Assembly (NCBI GenBank): GCA_002789955.1
Contig: PFUG01000420.1
Span: forward strand, 11,569-75,568
Length of the DNA: 64,000 nt
Reading direction: 5' to 3'
From: Deltaproteobacteria bacterium CG_4_9_14_3_um_filter_63_12
GTDB taxonomy: Bacteria; Myxococcota_A; Bradymonadia; UBA4248; UM-FILTER-63-12
Under the pieces are notes generated by a model. That model was not told the origin of the DNA. It searched no databases and saw nothing but the letters and a program-made list of their open reading frames with translations. This document shows, in pieces, positions 18,806 to 28,379 of this stretch (position 1 is the stretch's first letter; each line of letters starts with the position of its first letter). A program made the position numbers and the translations under genes.

Positions 18806-21800
18806 TCAGGGAATCGGAGTCACTTGGAAGATGGGCGAGAGGTTCGTCGGTGAGGCCTGTTGGTCGATGACGAAGTTGATCAGGAACGCCGTATCTCCGA
18901 CGATCACATGGTCTGCGTAGAAGCCGTAGGCTCCTGTGTAGCTGGTACCGCGCCCCTCGCCGGAGAGCACGGTCTGGACGAAGACGCCCGACGCGTCTTT
19001 CTGGGCGAGGACGAGCTGCAAGGTCGAAGAATCCTGGTAGGCGATCGTCGGCAACCCTTGATAGAGCAGGATTGAGGAGTCGTCCCCGATGAAGTTGATG
19101 GAAGGCCCAAAGGCATCGATTCGCGTCCCATCGTCCACGACCTCCTCGGAGCTCCCGTCGAGCGCCAAGTAACGAAGATCTTTGTGGCTCCAGTCCACGA
19201 AGCTGAGGTGTTCGACGTCACTGCCGTCGATCGCGATGGAGGGCCACAGCCCACTGTTTCCGTCGGCGCCAGACAAGACGACAGGAGCGTCGAACGCGCC
19301 GCCCGCGCTCTGTTTCGCGAAGCGGAGGTCGCCATTGGCGCTGTCGTAGTAGGCCAACGCCACGCGGCCGTCGCTGTAGCGCGCCTGTGCGCTGTGCAGA
19401 CCGACGCCGGGCTGCCAATCGACGAGGGCTGCGGGATCCACCACCACTGCGCAGGTCCCGGCGCCGAAGCAGCGCTCTTCGCTGGCGCAGCCAGACCCGC
19501 ACACGCTGTCCGCGACGGGTGCCTCACATTGGCTGTTGTCGAGTCGGCAGAAGGACCCTGTGGCGCATGGGGTGGCGCAAGGTCCAGTGACGTTGAGACG
19601 GTCTACTGTGACGACGGCGAAATCACTGCCGGAGGCTGGCGTCGCTGTCGACGCTTGAGCGTAGCGCAGCTCGCTGTAGACCAGGCCGTCGGCGGGATCG
19701 AGGACCTCTGCGACCATGTACGAGATCCCAGGAGCCCCAGTGGAATCGAGGCTCAGTGAGGTCCACAGGCCGCTGCGACCGGCGGCGTCCACAGTGGTGA
19801 AGGTCCACGAGTAGCTGCCCCCAGTGGCGACGCCGCGCGCATACATCAGGTCTTCGTTGTCGACGTCTTGGTAGGAGATGTGGAGCGTCCCGTCGGCGGC
19901 GACAGCGAGGTCGGTGTAGCGCCCTCTGTCCGCTCCCGGGGCTTTGATGCCGCCGCGAGGCCCGCTCGTCGACCCTTCGACGGGGGCACCGATAGGCAAC
20001 CCATCGATGAAGCTCCACGTCATCTGGCCGCTGGCGTCTTTGAGACCGAGCATGAGATCGCCGTAGGTGTCGTTGTAGGCGGAGGCCGCAACGACTCCAC
20101 CAACGTTCGCGCCGATGTTGGTGTACTGACCGTATCGTCCCATGCGCAACGGCGGCAGCTCGACACAGGTGCAGACGGGGTCGGTGATGTCGCAGGTCGT
20201 CGGGTCACCGCCGCCTGGGCTCTGCATCTCGATTCGGAACCCCGGCTCGCAGGTCAGCTCGCCGCACTGGTCAGGGATAGGCAGACAGCTGTTCTCCGCG
20301 TTGCAACAGAATTGCCCAGTGGGGCATCCGTCGGAGCAGGGAACGCCGCACGAGCAGATCCCTTCGAAGCAGAGGGCCATCTCGCCCGCACCGCAAGAGA
20401 GCGAGCAGTCCGAGGATTGCTCGCATGTCGCGGTGCGGCACTCTTTGAACCCATCGCCGTTCGTATCCTCGCACAGCTGCCCAGGCTGACAGTCTGCAGG
20501 GCCGTCACAGGCGGAGTCGGGGACGCACTGCTCGTCGATGCAGGTGTTGCCCTCCGAACAGCCTCCACAGGGAATGAACTCGCTCTTCGGCGAATCCTCA
20601 CAGGAGAACAGAACCACACCGCTGCACACCAGGGCGGCGAAGAGAGACCACCGACGGCGGCGAACGGCGAGCAAGCCCAGCGCGACGAGCAGCAGGGAGA
20701 GTCCGGTCGGCATCGACGAGGAGCGGCGCGTCGTGCTGCAAGAGCAGGCGCCATCGGTGTCGCTGGCGGCCTCCACGGCTCCCTCGACGGTCAGAGACTG
20801 CTTGAGCGTCGCGACGTTCCCGTTGCCATCGCGCACCTGCGCCTCGAGCCGCACGCGCGAGCCGCGGTGCGCCGAGAGCTCGAATAGGTTAGAACCTGTC
20901 CAGCTCGACCACTCGCCGCCGTTGACGCGGATGCGGTAGCTCAGCTCGGTGGCGGCGCTCGTCTGGTCGTAGGCCATCACGCGGATGGCCGCATCGTCGC
21001 GTTGGATGGCCTCGATGATGGGCGCACGCCAATCGATGGTCACGTCGAGGCTCTCCGGGCTGGGATCCAGGGTGTGGTAGTCGCCGATGACGCGGGAGCG
21101 CACCTGGAGCGTGTGGGGTCCGGGGAGTAGAAGGGCGGGATGTCGCAACGGCAGCCGCTCGACCGGAGAGAAGATCGACCAGAGACTGTCGTCGACGCGA
21201 ACCGAGTACTCGAGCGCCTGGCCAGGCAGGGGTGAGCGGCCCGAGAGCAGCAGGTTGACCGTCGGCACCAAGCCGCTGGGGCTGCCTGCGTGGGCCCAGT
21301 CGATGTTGCCGTTGGCGTCCAAGAAGTGGCTGGCGGGCATCTCGATGGAGTCGACCATCGCTTGCGTCTCGGCGGAACCGGCGAGTCCGCCTGGGGGCAC
21401 ATAGGCCAGGCCGGCGAAGAGGCCGATCATCGTGTTGTTTTCGATGCCCGTCATCTCCTCCACGTTGAGCTGGAACCCCATGAGGTCCGGCAGCTGGATG
21501 GGGTTGGAGATGCTGCCGGCGAGCTGGGGCAGGAATCCGGAGATGAGCGAAGGCAACAAACCAGCGATCAACGCCGGGTCCTCGGAGATCAGCTCAGAGT
21601 TGCGGACCTCGACGTTTTGCAAGGCGTTGCTCAGGTCTCCCAAAACCGGGATCAGCTCGTTCGACGGGGTCAAGGTGAGCCCAAGGGGAAGGTGAATGTC
21701 GCTGTTGATGGTCAGGATCCGCGCGTAGCGGTCGAAGATGAACGCGTAGAGGTCGATGTCGATGTTGTTGAGCTCGATGACCAGCAATGGCTCGGTGAGA

Positions 21801-23137
21801 ATGTACTCACCGGTGTTCGGGTCCTGCTCGACGACGTGCCGGCCAATAGAGACGGTCGGGGCCTGCTTCGGTGCGAACTTGATGAGCACCGGCGCGCTGC
21901 CATCGGTGAGGTTGGACAGACTCTGCATGAAGATGCCGAGGGTCCCGGTGGAGAGCTGGGGCACGGTCGCAGAGGTGATCTCGATGCAGAGCGCACCCGA
22001 GTTGTAGACCCCCCACAGGGTGTGCTCGAGGAAGCTCTCGCTGATCCCGACCGAGGCATCGAAGGGGAAGCCACCGGGCGAGGGCTCGGCCTCGAGGATG
22101 CTCGAGCGGGGAACGCGCGCCGCGCTGGGCGGGTTTTGGTGCGGGACGCAGGAGTCGCCTTCACTGGTCATGCCAGTCTGCACGCCGATCGAGAGGCCGT
22201 CGCCGACGACGTCGGCGTAGTTGCCAGTGAAGATCGAGTAGTAGACCCATCGGGGATCGGGCGGTCCATAGCCAGCCAGAAGCTCGGCGACGTCGAAGCG
22301 CCCCTCGGTCCCGAGCGCCTGCGCGACGCAGGTTCCGCTGGGCTCCATACAGAGGTTGGTGCCGGTGTCGCAGGTGGAGCCCGTCGGACAGCCAGCGTCA
22401 CAGGCCAAGCAGAGGAACCCGTCCATGGTCTCCTCGATGACGGGATCGAACTGGCCGACCAGCTGGTCTGTCAGAACACCTTTGAGCAAATCGGCGATCA
22501 AGCAGAGCGGATCGTAGATAGGACTGATGTCGAGCTGCAGGGAATCCATGTTGACGTCCGAGCCCAAATAGCGCACCGCGAGCCGCTCGTCGGCCGCCCC
22601 CACCCCCAGCTCGAGGTTCGCGGTGAGCGTCAGAACATCACCCGCGTTCAGGTAGGCGTGAACATCGCAGGTGAAGAGCAAGCCCTGCACAGGGATGTGC
22701 TCGTCGAACTGATCGATGTCGATGTTTACGGACAGCGCGTCGGGCGGCTGCGCTCCGGCCTGTCCCGAACCGTTGTCTACGGGGATGATGTTCACCGCAC
22801 CGATGCCCATATCGAGCTGGCACCCGCGGGTCCCGTCGTCACAGGTCACGCCCGAGTCGCAGACCGCCGGAGTCGAGGTCTGGGCCGGCAGACAGAAGCT
22901 CAACCCGGACTGCCCCATCTGAGCCAGGATCAACGGCACAATGGCCTGCTCCAGGGTCCCAACGCCCGACGGAGTCAATCGGACTTGCATCCCCTGATCG
23001 ACCAACAAGCCGTCCTTGGGATACGAGGCGACCTCTCCACATCCGCAACTGCTGGTCTGACCGCAGGCCGACGCGATGACGAGAAGTACACCGAGCGCGA
23101 GGACTCGGTCGATGAGGGTGCGAGTGGAACGGTTCAT
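18806..23137 (-). CDS. Giant surface lipoprotein ORF; probably two fused or readthrough genes (upstream part ends in a MYXO-CTERM-like tail, downstream part is a Cys-rich + beta-propeller-repeat lipoprotein)
   Basis: Start chosen at MNRSTRTLIDRVLALGVLLVIASACG (lipobox). About 830 aa downstream comes GACSCS...PTGLSLLLVALGLLAVRRRR (Cys motif + TM helix + Arg cluster). It is followed in frame by WSLFAALVCSGVVLFSC (a new lipoprotein signal), EGF-like Cys-rich modules, then the same 50-aa repeats as the 17400 gene. There is no stop codon between the two halves. Confidence 0.45.
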   Translation of the reverse strand: MNRSTRTLIDRVLALGVLLVIASACGQTSSCGCGEVASYPKDGLLVDQGMQVRLTPSGVGTLEQAIVPLILAQMGQSGLSFCLPAQTSTPAVCDSGVTCDDGTRGCQLDMGIGAVNIIPVDNGSGQAGAQPPDALSVNIDIDQFDEHIPVQGLLFTCDVHAYLNAGDVLTLTANLELGVGAADERLAVRYLGSDVNMDSLQLDISPIYDPLCLIADLLKGVLTDQLVGQFDPVIEETMDGFLCLACDAGCPTGSTCDTGTNLCMEPSGTCVAQALGTEGRFDVAELLAGYGPPDPRWVYYSIFTGNYADVVGDGLSIGVQTGMTSEGDSCVPHQNPPSAARVPRSSILEAEPSPGGFPFDASVGISESFLEHTLWGVYNSGALCIEITSATVPQLSTGTLGIFMQSLSNLTDGSAPVLIKFAPKQAPTVSIGRHVVEQDPNTGEYILTEPLLVIELNNIDIDLYAFIFDRYARILTINSDIHLPLGLTLTPSNELIPVLGDLSNALQNVEVRNSELISEDPALIAGLLPSLISGFLPQLAGSISNPIQLPDLMGFQLNVEEMTGIENNTMIGLFAGLAYVPPGGLAGSAETQAMVDSIEMPASHFLDANGNIDWAHAGSPSGLVPTVNLLLSGRSPLPGQALEYSVRVDDSLWSIFSPVERLPLRHPALLLPGPHTLQVRSRVIGDYHTLDPSPESLDVTIDWRAPIIEAIQRDDAAIRVMAYDQTSAATELSYRIRVNGGEWSSWTGSNLFELSAHRGSRVRLEAQVRDGNGNVATLKQSLTVEGAVEAASDTDGACSCSTTRRSSSMPTGLSLLLVALGLLAVRRRRWSLFAALVCSGVVLFSCEDSPKSEFIPCGGCSEGNTCIDEQCVPDSACDGPADCQPGQLCEDTNGDGFKECRTATCEQSSDCSLSCGAGEMALCFEGICSCGVPCSDGCPTGQFCCNAENSCLPIPDQCGELTCEPGFRIEMQSPGGGDPTTCDITDPVCTCVELPPLRMGRYGQYTNIGANVGGVVAASAYNDTYGDLMLGLKDASGQMTWSFIDGLPIGAPVEGSTSGPRGGIKAPGADRGRYTDLAVAADGTLHISYQDVDNEDLMYARGVATGGSYSWTFTTVDAAGRSGLWTSLSLDSTGAPGISYMVAEVLDPADGLVYSELRYAQASTATPASGSDFAVVTVDRLNVTGPCATPCATGSFCRLDNSQCEAPVADSVCGSGCASEERCFGAGTCAVVVDPAALVDWQPGVGLHSAQARYSDGRVALAYYDSANGDLRFAKQSAGGAFDAPVVLSGADGNSGLWPSIAIDGSDVEHLSFVDWSHKDLRYLALDGSSEEVVDDGTRIDAFGPSINFIGDDSSILLYQGLPTIAYQDSSTLQLVLAQKDASGVFVQTVLSGEGRGTSYTGAYGFYADHVIVGDTAFLINFVIDQQASPTNLSPIFQVTPIP

Positions 23138-23430
23138 TATCGACCTCACCAAGCAACAGCTTGGCATTCTACGAGGCAGCACGACGCCGCCGTTTGGTGT
23201 ACAGGACAAAAGGCCTTCGAACCACCGAAAGCCGCGTCGTCACCCCTTCTCGAGCTGAGTCCAGCGCAGTATCCGAGGCTGGGGATCGCGAGTCAAGCAG
23301 ACCCAGAATCCCCGCTGGGTTGCAGGACTCCAAGCCAGCCGCTTCGGGGCTTGTCCGGCGTCGGTCCGAAGCCACGCCACCCTCGCCACCGCCGCTCGCG
23401 TGGGAGATTTGGGCGACGCGCTCGTGGCTG

Positions 23431-24834
23431 TCACTTGGAGAAGCCGCTCCGAGAGTAATCTGTGCTGCCGACGAGCAACGGTTTGGTGAGATTTTCGCGT
23501 TGCGCCGCGAGGGCCTCGAAGGCCTTGGCCACGCGCAAATTGGTCTTGAGGATGTCGCGGATGGTGGACGACGGCAGGATCAAGACGTGCAGCTCTTCGC
23601 GAGCCATGACGGTTGCACGGCACTTCTCGCGACTGGCCATCGCGCGCACACCGAAGAACTGTCCAGCTGAGAGCTCAGCCACGGTCTCGGACTCGGCGAT
23701 GGCGCTGATCGACCCCTCGAGGAGGAGGTAGAGGCCCTCGACGGCGTCCCCTTCGCGGAGCACGACCTCGCCAGCATGAAGGTGTCTCGCCTTGAACTTG
23801 CGCGCCAACATCTCCCGTTCGCCGATTTCCAACGCACTGAACAACTGGCTGCTGGCCAGGAAGCTGCGCACCAGTCGCTTGCGGTAGAAGAGTTGGAGGC
23901 GCTCGTAGATGGTCGGATGCTCATGGCAGAGCTTGCTCAGGACTGACTTCGGTAGCACCAAGAGCTCTGACGCTGTTGTGGCGAACCACCGCACATCTTG
24001 GCTTTTTCCGGTCAGCAATTCGAATTCACCAAAGAACCCGCCGCGGGTGACCTCGCCGAGGTCGACGGGCTGCTCCCCCTCTTTGTCGAGCTCGGCCGCA
24101 ACATGGCCTTCGACGAGGATGAAGAGAGCGGGCTCCGAGAGCTGAGTCTGGAGATCGGCTTGGCGAATGGTCGCACCCGCCGGTACACGCCACCACTCGA
24201 GGCTCTTCAGCAGGTCGACGAACGGCGCCGGGGGCAAGACCGAGAAGAGTGGAATCTCCTTGCGGTCGATGTGTTCGAGGCTCAGACTCTGTGCGTCAGG
24301 CACGGCGATTCGCTCGACCGACAATCCGGGGGCTGCTGGCGAAGGCGGCGTTCCGTGCTCAGGCAACGCTTCCCACGCGCTGAGCGCGAGGTCGACCTCG
24401 AGATCCTCGTCGTCGCCGTCGAAGGTCAGCATCGTGAGCTCGATGGACTCGATCACTTGCGCTTGCTCGAGCCAGATCGCCGGCTCGTCGGAGAGATCGT
24501 CCAGCGTCCTCACGGGAACGGCGACGCGGTCTTGCTCTCCGTGCGCTGGGGCGCTGGCGTAGTGGCGAGTGAGAAAAAGGAGGATGTCCGTGCGGGTCGG
24601 ATCGAGGCTCAATACCTGTTTGCTGCAAGCGATGGCCTCCAAGAGCTCTCCCCTGGCGGCGAGCAACTTGGCGCTCAGCTCAAACTCATCGACGGCTTGG
24701 GCTTTGTAGCCCATTGCCGCGAGGTAGCGTGCGAGTTGCCGGCGCAACTGGACATTGGTGGGGTCGGCGGCCACGGCACGCTGGTAGATGCGAAGTGTCG
24801 CCCGAATCTGCTCACGTCCCATGGCGATCCTCAA
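23431..24834 (-). CDS. TPR-repeat protein with two tandem cyclic-nucleotide-binding domains
   Basis: N-terminal TPR helices (RIYQRAVAADPTNVQLRRQLARYLAAMGYKAQAVDEF). Two CAP/cNMP-binding-like beta-roll segments follow (GGFFGEFELLTGKSQDVRWFATTASELLVL; GQFFGVRAMASREKCRATVMAREELHVL). Confidence 0.65.
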   Translation of the reverse strand: MRIAMGREQIRATLRIYQRAVAADPTNVQLRRQLARYLAAMGYKAQAVDEFELSAKLLAARGELLEAIACSKQVLSLDPTRTDILLFLTRHYASAPAHGEQDRVAVPVRTLDDLSDEPAIWLEQAQVIESIELTMLTFDGDDEDLEVDLALSAWEALPEHGTPPSPAAPGLSVERIAVPDAQSLSLEHIDRKEIPLFSVLPPAPFVDLLKSLEWWRVPAGATIRQADLQTQLSEPALFILVEGHVAAELDKEGEQPVDLGEVTRGGFFGEFELLTGKSQDVRWFATTASELLVLPKSVLSKLCHEHPTIYERLQLFYRKRLVRSFLASSQLFSALEIGEREMLARKFKARHLHAGEVVLREGDAVEGLYLLLEGSISAIAESETVAELSAGQFFGVRAMASREKCRATVMAREELHVLILPSSTIRDILKTNLRVAKAFEALAAQRENLTKPLLVGSTDYSRSGFSK

Positions 24835-24949
24835 CGACTGAGGTCAGCGCTGCTGCTGGTCTCGGAAAGGGTCCGTCAGGGACTCTGCCCTGCTCAAGGT
24901 TGGCTGCTCGTCTCGAGAGAAGATGTACTAAGAATGTAGGTCGGCGTCG

Positions 24950-25630
24950 TCATTCTGGGAGTCTAGACAGGTGCCACACCCCATCTTCGAGCGTGAGTTC
25001 GAGCTTCCCCCCCCAATCCAGGTAGACGGTCGCGATATCCCCGTTGATGACGATGTCGTCTTCTGACACACCTTTGAGGCCCCGTCTGAGGATCGCCAAC
25101 TCGGCCTGCAAGGTGTCGCCCTTCTCCTGGGAGAGCAGCTCGATGATCGCATCGAGATCTTTGGTCTCGATGGCATCCGCGAGCGCTGTGATCGTCCCGC
25201 GCGGGCTGGTCGAACCTGCAATAGAGCGTACGTCATCGGCCAGGACCCAATGGTTCTCTTCGAACTGCAGCGCGATCTCGCTGTGCTCGTTCATTGGGAG
25301 TGCGGCGACGATCTCCATTTTGCCCTCGTCGATCGAGGCCTCGATGAGCTCGGCTTGGGCCAAGATCTCATCGTAGTTCTCGTTGAAGAAGACCTGAAAA
25401 TCGGCCTTGGACATTTCGCCGCGAAGGTCCTCACCTATGACGTCGTACACGGCTTCGGCTCGATGGTTGCGGACGTCGTCGACGTACGCGCGCATCGCGT
25501 CTTCCGGATGGGCCGCCGAGCCTGAACAGGCTGTGGCCATCAGCACCAGGAGGCCGACGCAAGCAAGTTTGTCGAAGAGGCCGAAACGGGCAATGGCGCT
25601 CATGAAGACTCTGAGGTTGAGGTGCGACAA
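24950..25630 (-). CDS. Hypothetical lipoprotein
   Basis: Signal + lipobox LLVLMATACSG. No recognisable domain. Confidence 0.4.
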   Translation of the reverse strand: MSHLNLRVFMSAIARFGLFDKLACVGLLVLMATACSGSAAHPEDAMRAYVDDVRNHRAEAVYDVIGEDLRGEMSKADFQVFFNENYDEILAQAELIEASIDEGKMEIVAALPMNEHSEIALQFEENHWVLADDVRSIAGSTSPRGTITALADAIETKDLDAIIELLSQEKGDTLQAELAILRRGLKGVSEDDIVINGDIATVYLDWGGKLELTLEDGVWHLSRLPE

Positions 25631-26144
25631 CGGTCACCAATTCCTTACAGCACTTGTCCCAATGGACGCTGTGGCGGGTGCGGCCGAGTGTATCCAATGC
25701 CCCGGCAAGGTGCAACGCAGCCGCTCGCTCGCAGCGAGCTTGAAGTGCTGGCCAACGAAATTGCACTTTCTACCAGTGACCGTGCGGACAATGTGGCTCG
25801 CGCTCTCCCCGATGAGCCCGACCAGTTGCGCGACTGCGAACTCAGGCGGGGATGGAGATTCAACGTGTGTCTGGCAATAGATGCCCTCGACGACCTCGCT
25901 CTCCTTCCGTCTTGCCAGACTGCGAAAGACCTCTCCAAGTCCGCGTCGTCTCTACGAAAAGGCACTCCTCCCTGCACTTCGATGAACACGATGTGGTACT
26001 TGCACTCCCACCTACTGTGGGACAGACTCTTCCTGTCGTCCATGTGGACTCTCGGAATTCTTTTGCTGGCCGTTGACCGCCAGACAACGAAATCGCCGTG
26101 GTTGGCCGCTGAGAGATGTCAGTTACCTTTGAGAGTTCGTTCAC

Positions 26145-27851
26145 TTGAAGAACAAGGCGGTTATGGCTGGGATGGTGAGCCTGACCCTTCGACAACGAAC
26201 CTGGTTCTACCTGTTCTTGCTCCTTGGGCTCGTCGGTCTGCTCTACGGACCGATTGTTGGTCACCCATTCTCCCAGGCCGACGATCCGGCATACATCCTG
26301 CTCAATCCCGAGATCACGAACCCTGGTGCGGCCTCAGGCGCTGACCTCTTTTTTCAACCCCATATCGGCTACATCGTTCCCATCACCGGCCTCTTCGATG
26401 CAGCGCTGTACGCCGTGGGAGATGGGGAACCTTGGGTCTTTCATCTCGCATCTCTCGTGTTTTTTGGGCTGCTGGTGACGGCTCTGTTTAGTCTACTCCT
26501 CGAGTGGAGTGGGGAGCGGCCTGGGTTCGCGCTGTGCGCGGCCGCCTTGTTTGCTGCTCATCCCCTGGTGGTCGAGCCCATCGCTTGGGCCACGGGCCTC
26601 AAGGACCTCTTGATGGGTGGCTTCGTGTTGTGGGGCACCCTCGCCTTCGTCTTGGGGCTGAAACGTGGCTCGAAGCGATTGTTATGGGTGAGCGCAGCGT
26701 TGGGGGTCTGCGCTCTCTTGAGCAAACCCACTGGTGCGTTCATAGGGCTGGTCTGGGCCCTCTACGCGCTCTACAACGACCGTTCGAAGGCGCCACTCAA
26801 AAGCGCTTTGTGGGCGAGCGCGGTCCCTCTTTTGCTCGCCCTTCCGCTGATGGCGATGAGCTGGATGATCAATACCGAGGTTCTTCCGGGCGATCCGCAG
26901 TCCCTCGAGGGGACCTGGCAAGTCCCGCTGACGCTTGGGTACCAACTCGAACACTTCTTTTGGCCCGCTGAGCTCTTTCCGCGCTACCCAATCATCCGAG
27001 AGGCTGGGTTCGAGGATTTCCACACCTGGCTGGGCTGCTTGGCAATCGGGATCTTCTTCGGAGCTTTGTTTCGCCTCCGAAAACGGCCGAAGGTCGCGCT
27101 CGGTCTGGGGCTCGCGTTCTGCGTCTATCTTCCCGTGAGCGGCGTACTACCCTTTCCGAGGATGGTGGGGGACTCTTACCTCCTCGTTCCTTTGGCTGGA
27201 CTCTCAATGGCGCTGACTGCAGGGGTGACGAGTGCGTTAGAGGCCCCCCGTCGTGCGGCGTGGACGAAACGGCTATTGGCCGTCTGTCTAGTACTCGTCG
27301 CTGTCTTGTCCGTGCGTGCGGTTGACCAACGTGAGCGCTGGCGGTCGGCGGCGACCCTTTGGTATCCGGCGACGCAAGAATATGACAATTGGCCCTTGGC
27401 CTGGATGAGCCTTGCCGAGGGTTTGCGTTTTGAGGGAGAGGTGGATCGCGCGGTCGGAGCGTACGAGCAGCTCTTTGCGTACCGCTATGAACCATCGCTG
27501 CTCCATATGCTCGCCATCATGTTGGTTCGTGCTGGAGACTTAAGTGAAGCCGAATGCGTCTTTGCCGAGGACATCTTCTACGGCTCGGATCAGGCCCGAG
27601 CTCTCAGCAACCATGCGGCGCTCTTGATTTCCAACGAAGAGCACCTCATCGAGCATCTCGATGTCGCCAAGATGTCCCTCGACTGGTCTTTGCTGCAGGT
27701 CCAAAAGGGAATCGTCAAATGGCCGCCCGAGCGTGTCGAAGCGCTGATGCGGCGTCTTGCCACGGTCGGCCCGCCCAGCCAGGACTTGCCGGAGTGGCCG
27801 AAGCGAAACTGTCCGTCGCTGCAGGTCTCGCCAACCGACGCCTGCCCCTGA
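26145..27851 (+). CDS. TMTC-like (DUF1736-type) GT-C membrane glycosyltransferase with C-terminal TPR region
   Basis: Ten or more hydrophobic helices. A conserved first-loop DD motif (FSQADDPAYIL) and the DUF1736/TMTC signature AHPLVVEPIAWATGLKDLL. C-terminal soluble TPR-like helices (AEGLRFEGEVDRAVGAYEQLF...). Confidence 0.55.
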   Translation: MKNKAVMAGMVSLTLRQRTWFYLFLLLGLVGLLYGPIVGHPFSQADDPAYILLNPEITNPGAASGADLFFQPHIGYIVPITGLFDAALYAVGDGEPWVFHLASLVFFGLLVTALFSLLLEWSGERPGFALCAAALFAAHPLVVEPIAWATGLKDLLMGGFVLWGTLAFVLGLKRGSKRLLWVSAALGVCALLSKPTGAFIGLVWALYALYNDRSKAPLKSALWASAVPLLLALPLMAMSWMINTEVLPGDPQSLEGTWQVPLTLGYQLEHFFWPAELFPRYPIIREAGFEDFHTWLGCLAIGIFFGALFRLRKRPKVALGLGLAFCVYLPVSGVLPFPRMVGDSYLLVPLAGLSMALTAGVTSALEAPRRAAWTKRLLAVCLVLVAVLSVRAVDQRERWRSAATLWYPATQEYDNWPLAWMSLAEGLRFEGEVDRAVGAYEQLFAYRYEPSLLHMLAIMLVRAGDLSEAECVFAEDIFYGSDQARALSNHAALLISNEEHLIEHLDVAKMSLDWSLLQVQKGIVKWPPERVEALMRRLATVGPPSQDLPEWPKRNCPSLQVSPTDACP

Positions 27852-27926
27852 GAGAGGTCAGCGAGACAGATGAGCTGAAGAGCTGCGTCCCCCCCTCCCG
27901 GTCACGCCTCAACTGGGCTCGTTGCC

Positions 27927-28379
27927 TTGGACTTCGACCGGACACTGCTCGGCTCCGACCACGAGGTCTCCGAGCGCGACCGCAGGGCGCTCGAATTCCT
28001 ACGTGCAAAGGCCGTCCTCGTCGTCGTCGCCACTGGCCGATCGTTGTCCTCCTTTCGGCGCTCCGTCGTGCAGGAATTGCCGATAGATTGGCCGGTCTTT
28101 TCCTCTGGAGCGGGCATCGCCCAGTGGCCTGCGTGTGAGGTTGTGCACGCCGTCCACCTCCCGTGTGGCGAGACCGCGTCGATCGGCGCGCATCTCGAGC
28201 ATCTCAATGCGCCGTATTGTGTCCATGACAAGATCCCGAACAACCATAGGTTCAGTCATCAGCTTGGCCGCGACAGCGCAGAGCGTACGAAGACCCCAAG
28301 GGCTCGCCCCTCCAATCCACGAACCGACCTCATGGACGTGCGTCGGACTTGGTCACATGTAGGCTCGCACAAGACCTGA
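27927..28379 (+). pseudogene. Truncated duplicate of the HAD/Cof-type phosphatase gene (5' fragment)
   Basis: Nucleotides 27932-28300 are about 93% identical to 30474-30842. The translation MDFDRTLLGSDHEVSERDRRALEFLRAKAVLVVVATGRS... matches the 30428 protein but has DFDRT instead of the catalytic DFDGT and lacks the C-terminal half (no GNDYNDLDML motif). Confidence 0.55.
27932..28300 (+). repeat. Segmental duplication, copy 1 (HAD phosphatase 5' region)
   Basis: Direct repeat of 30474-30842, aligned by eye at about 90-93% identity over roughly 370 bp. It is also visible as paralogous ORF-track peptides (27927 vs 30236, and 27554 vs 30067). Confidence 0.8.

Noticed and set aside
21290-23458. 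722-aa plus-strand ORF
   Set aside because: It is entirely antisense to the giant lipoprotein gene, which has clear signal peptides and domain structure. It has no motifs and is Arg/Gly/Asp-rich.
27554-28138. Paired ORFs 27554-28138 and 30067-30684 with similar C-terminal peptides
   Set aside because: They are out-of-frame translations of the two copies of the segmental duplication, not real paralogous genes.
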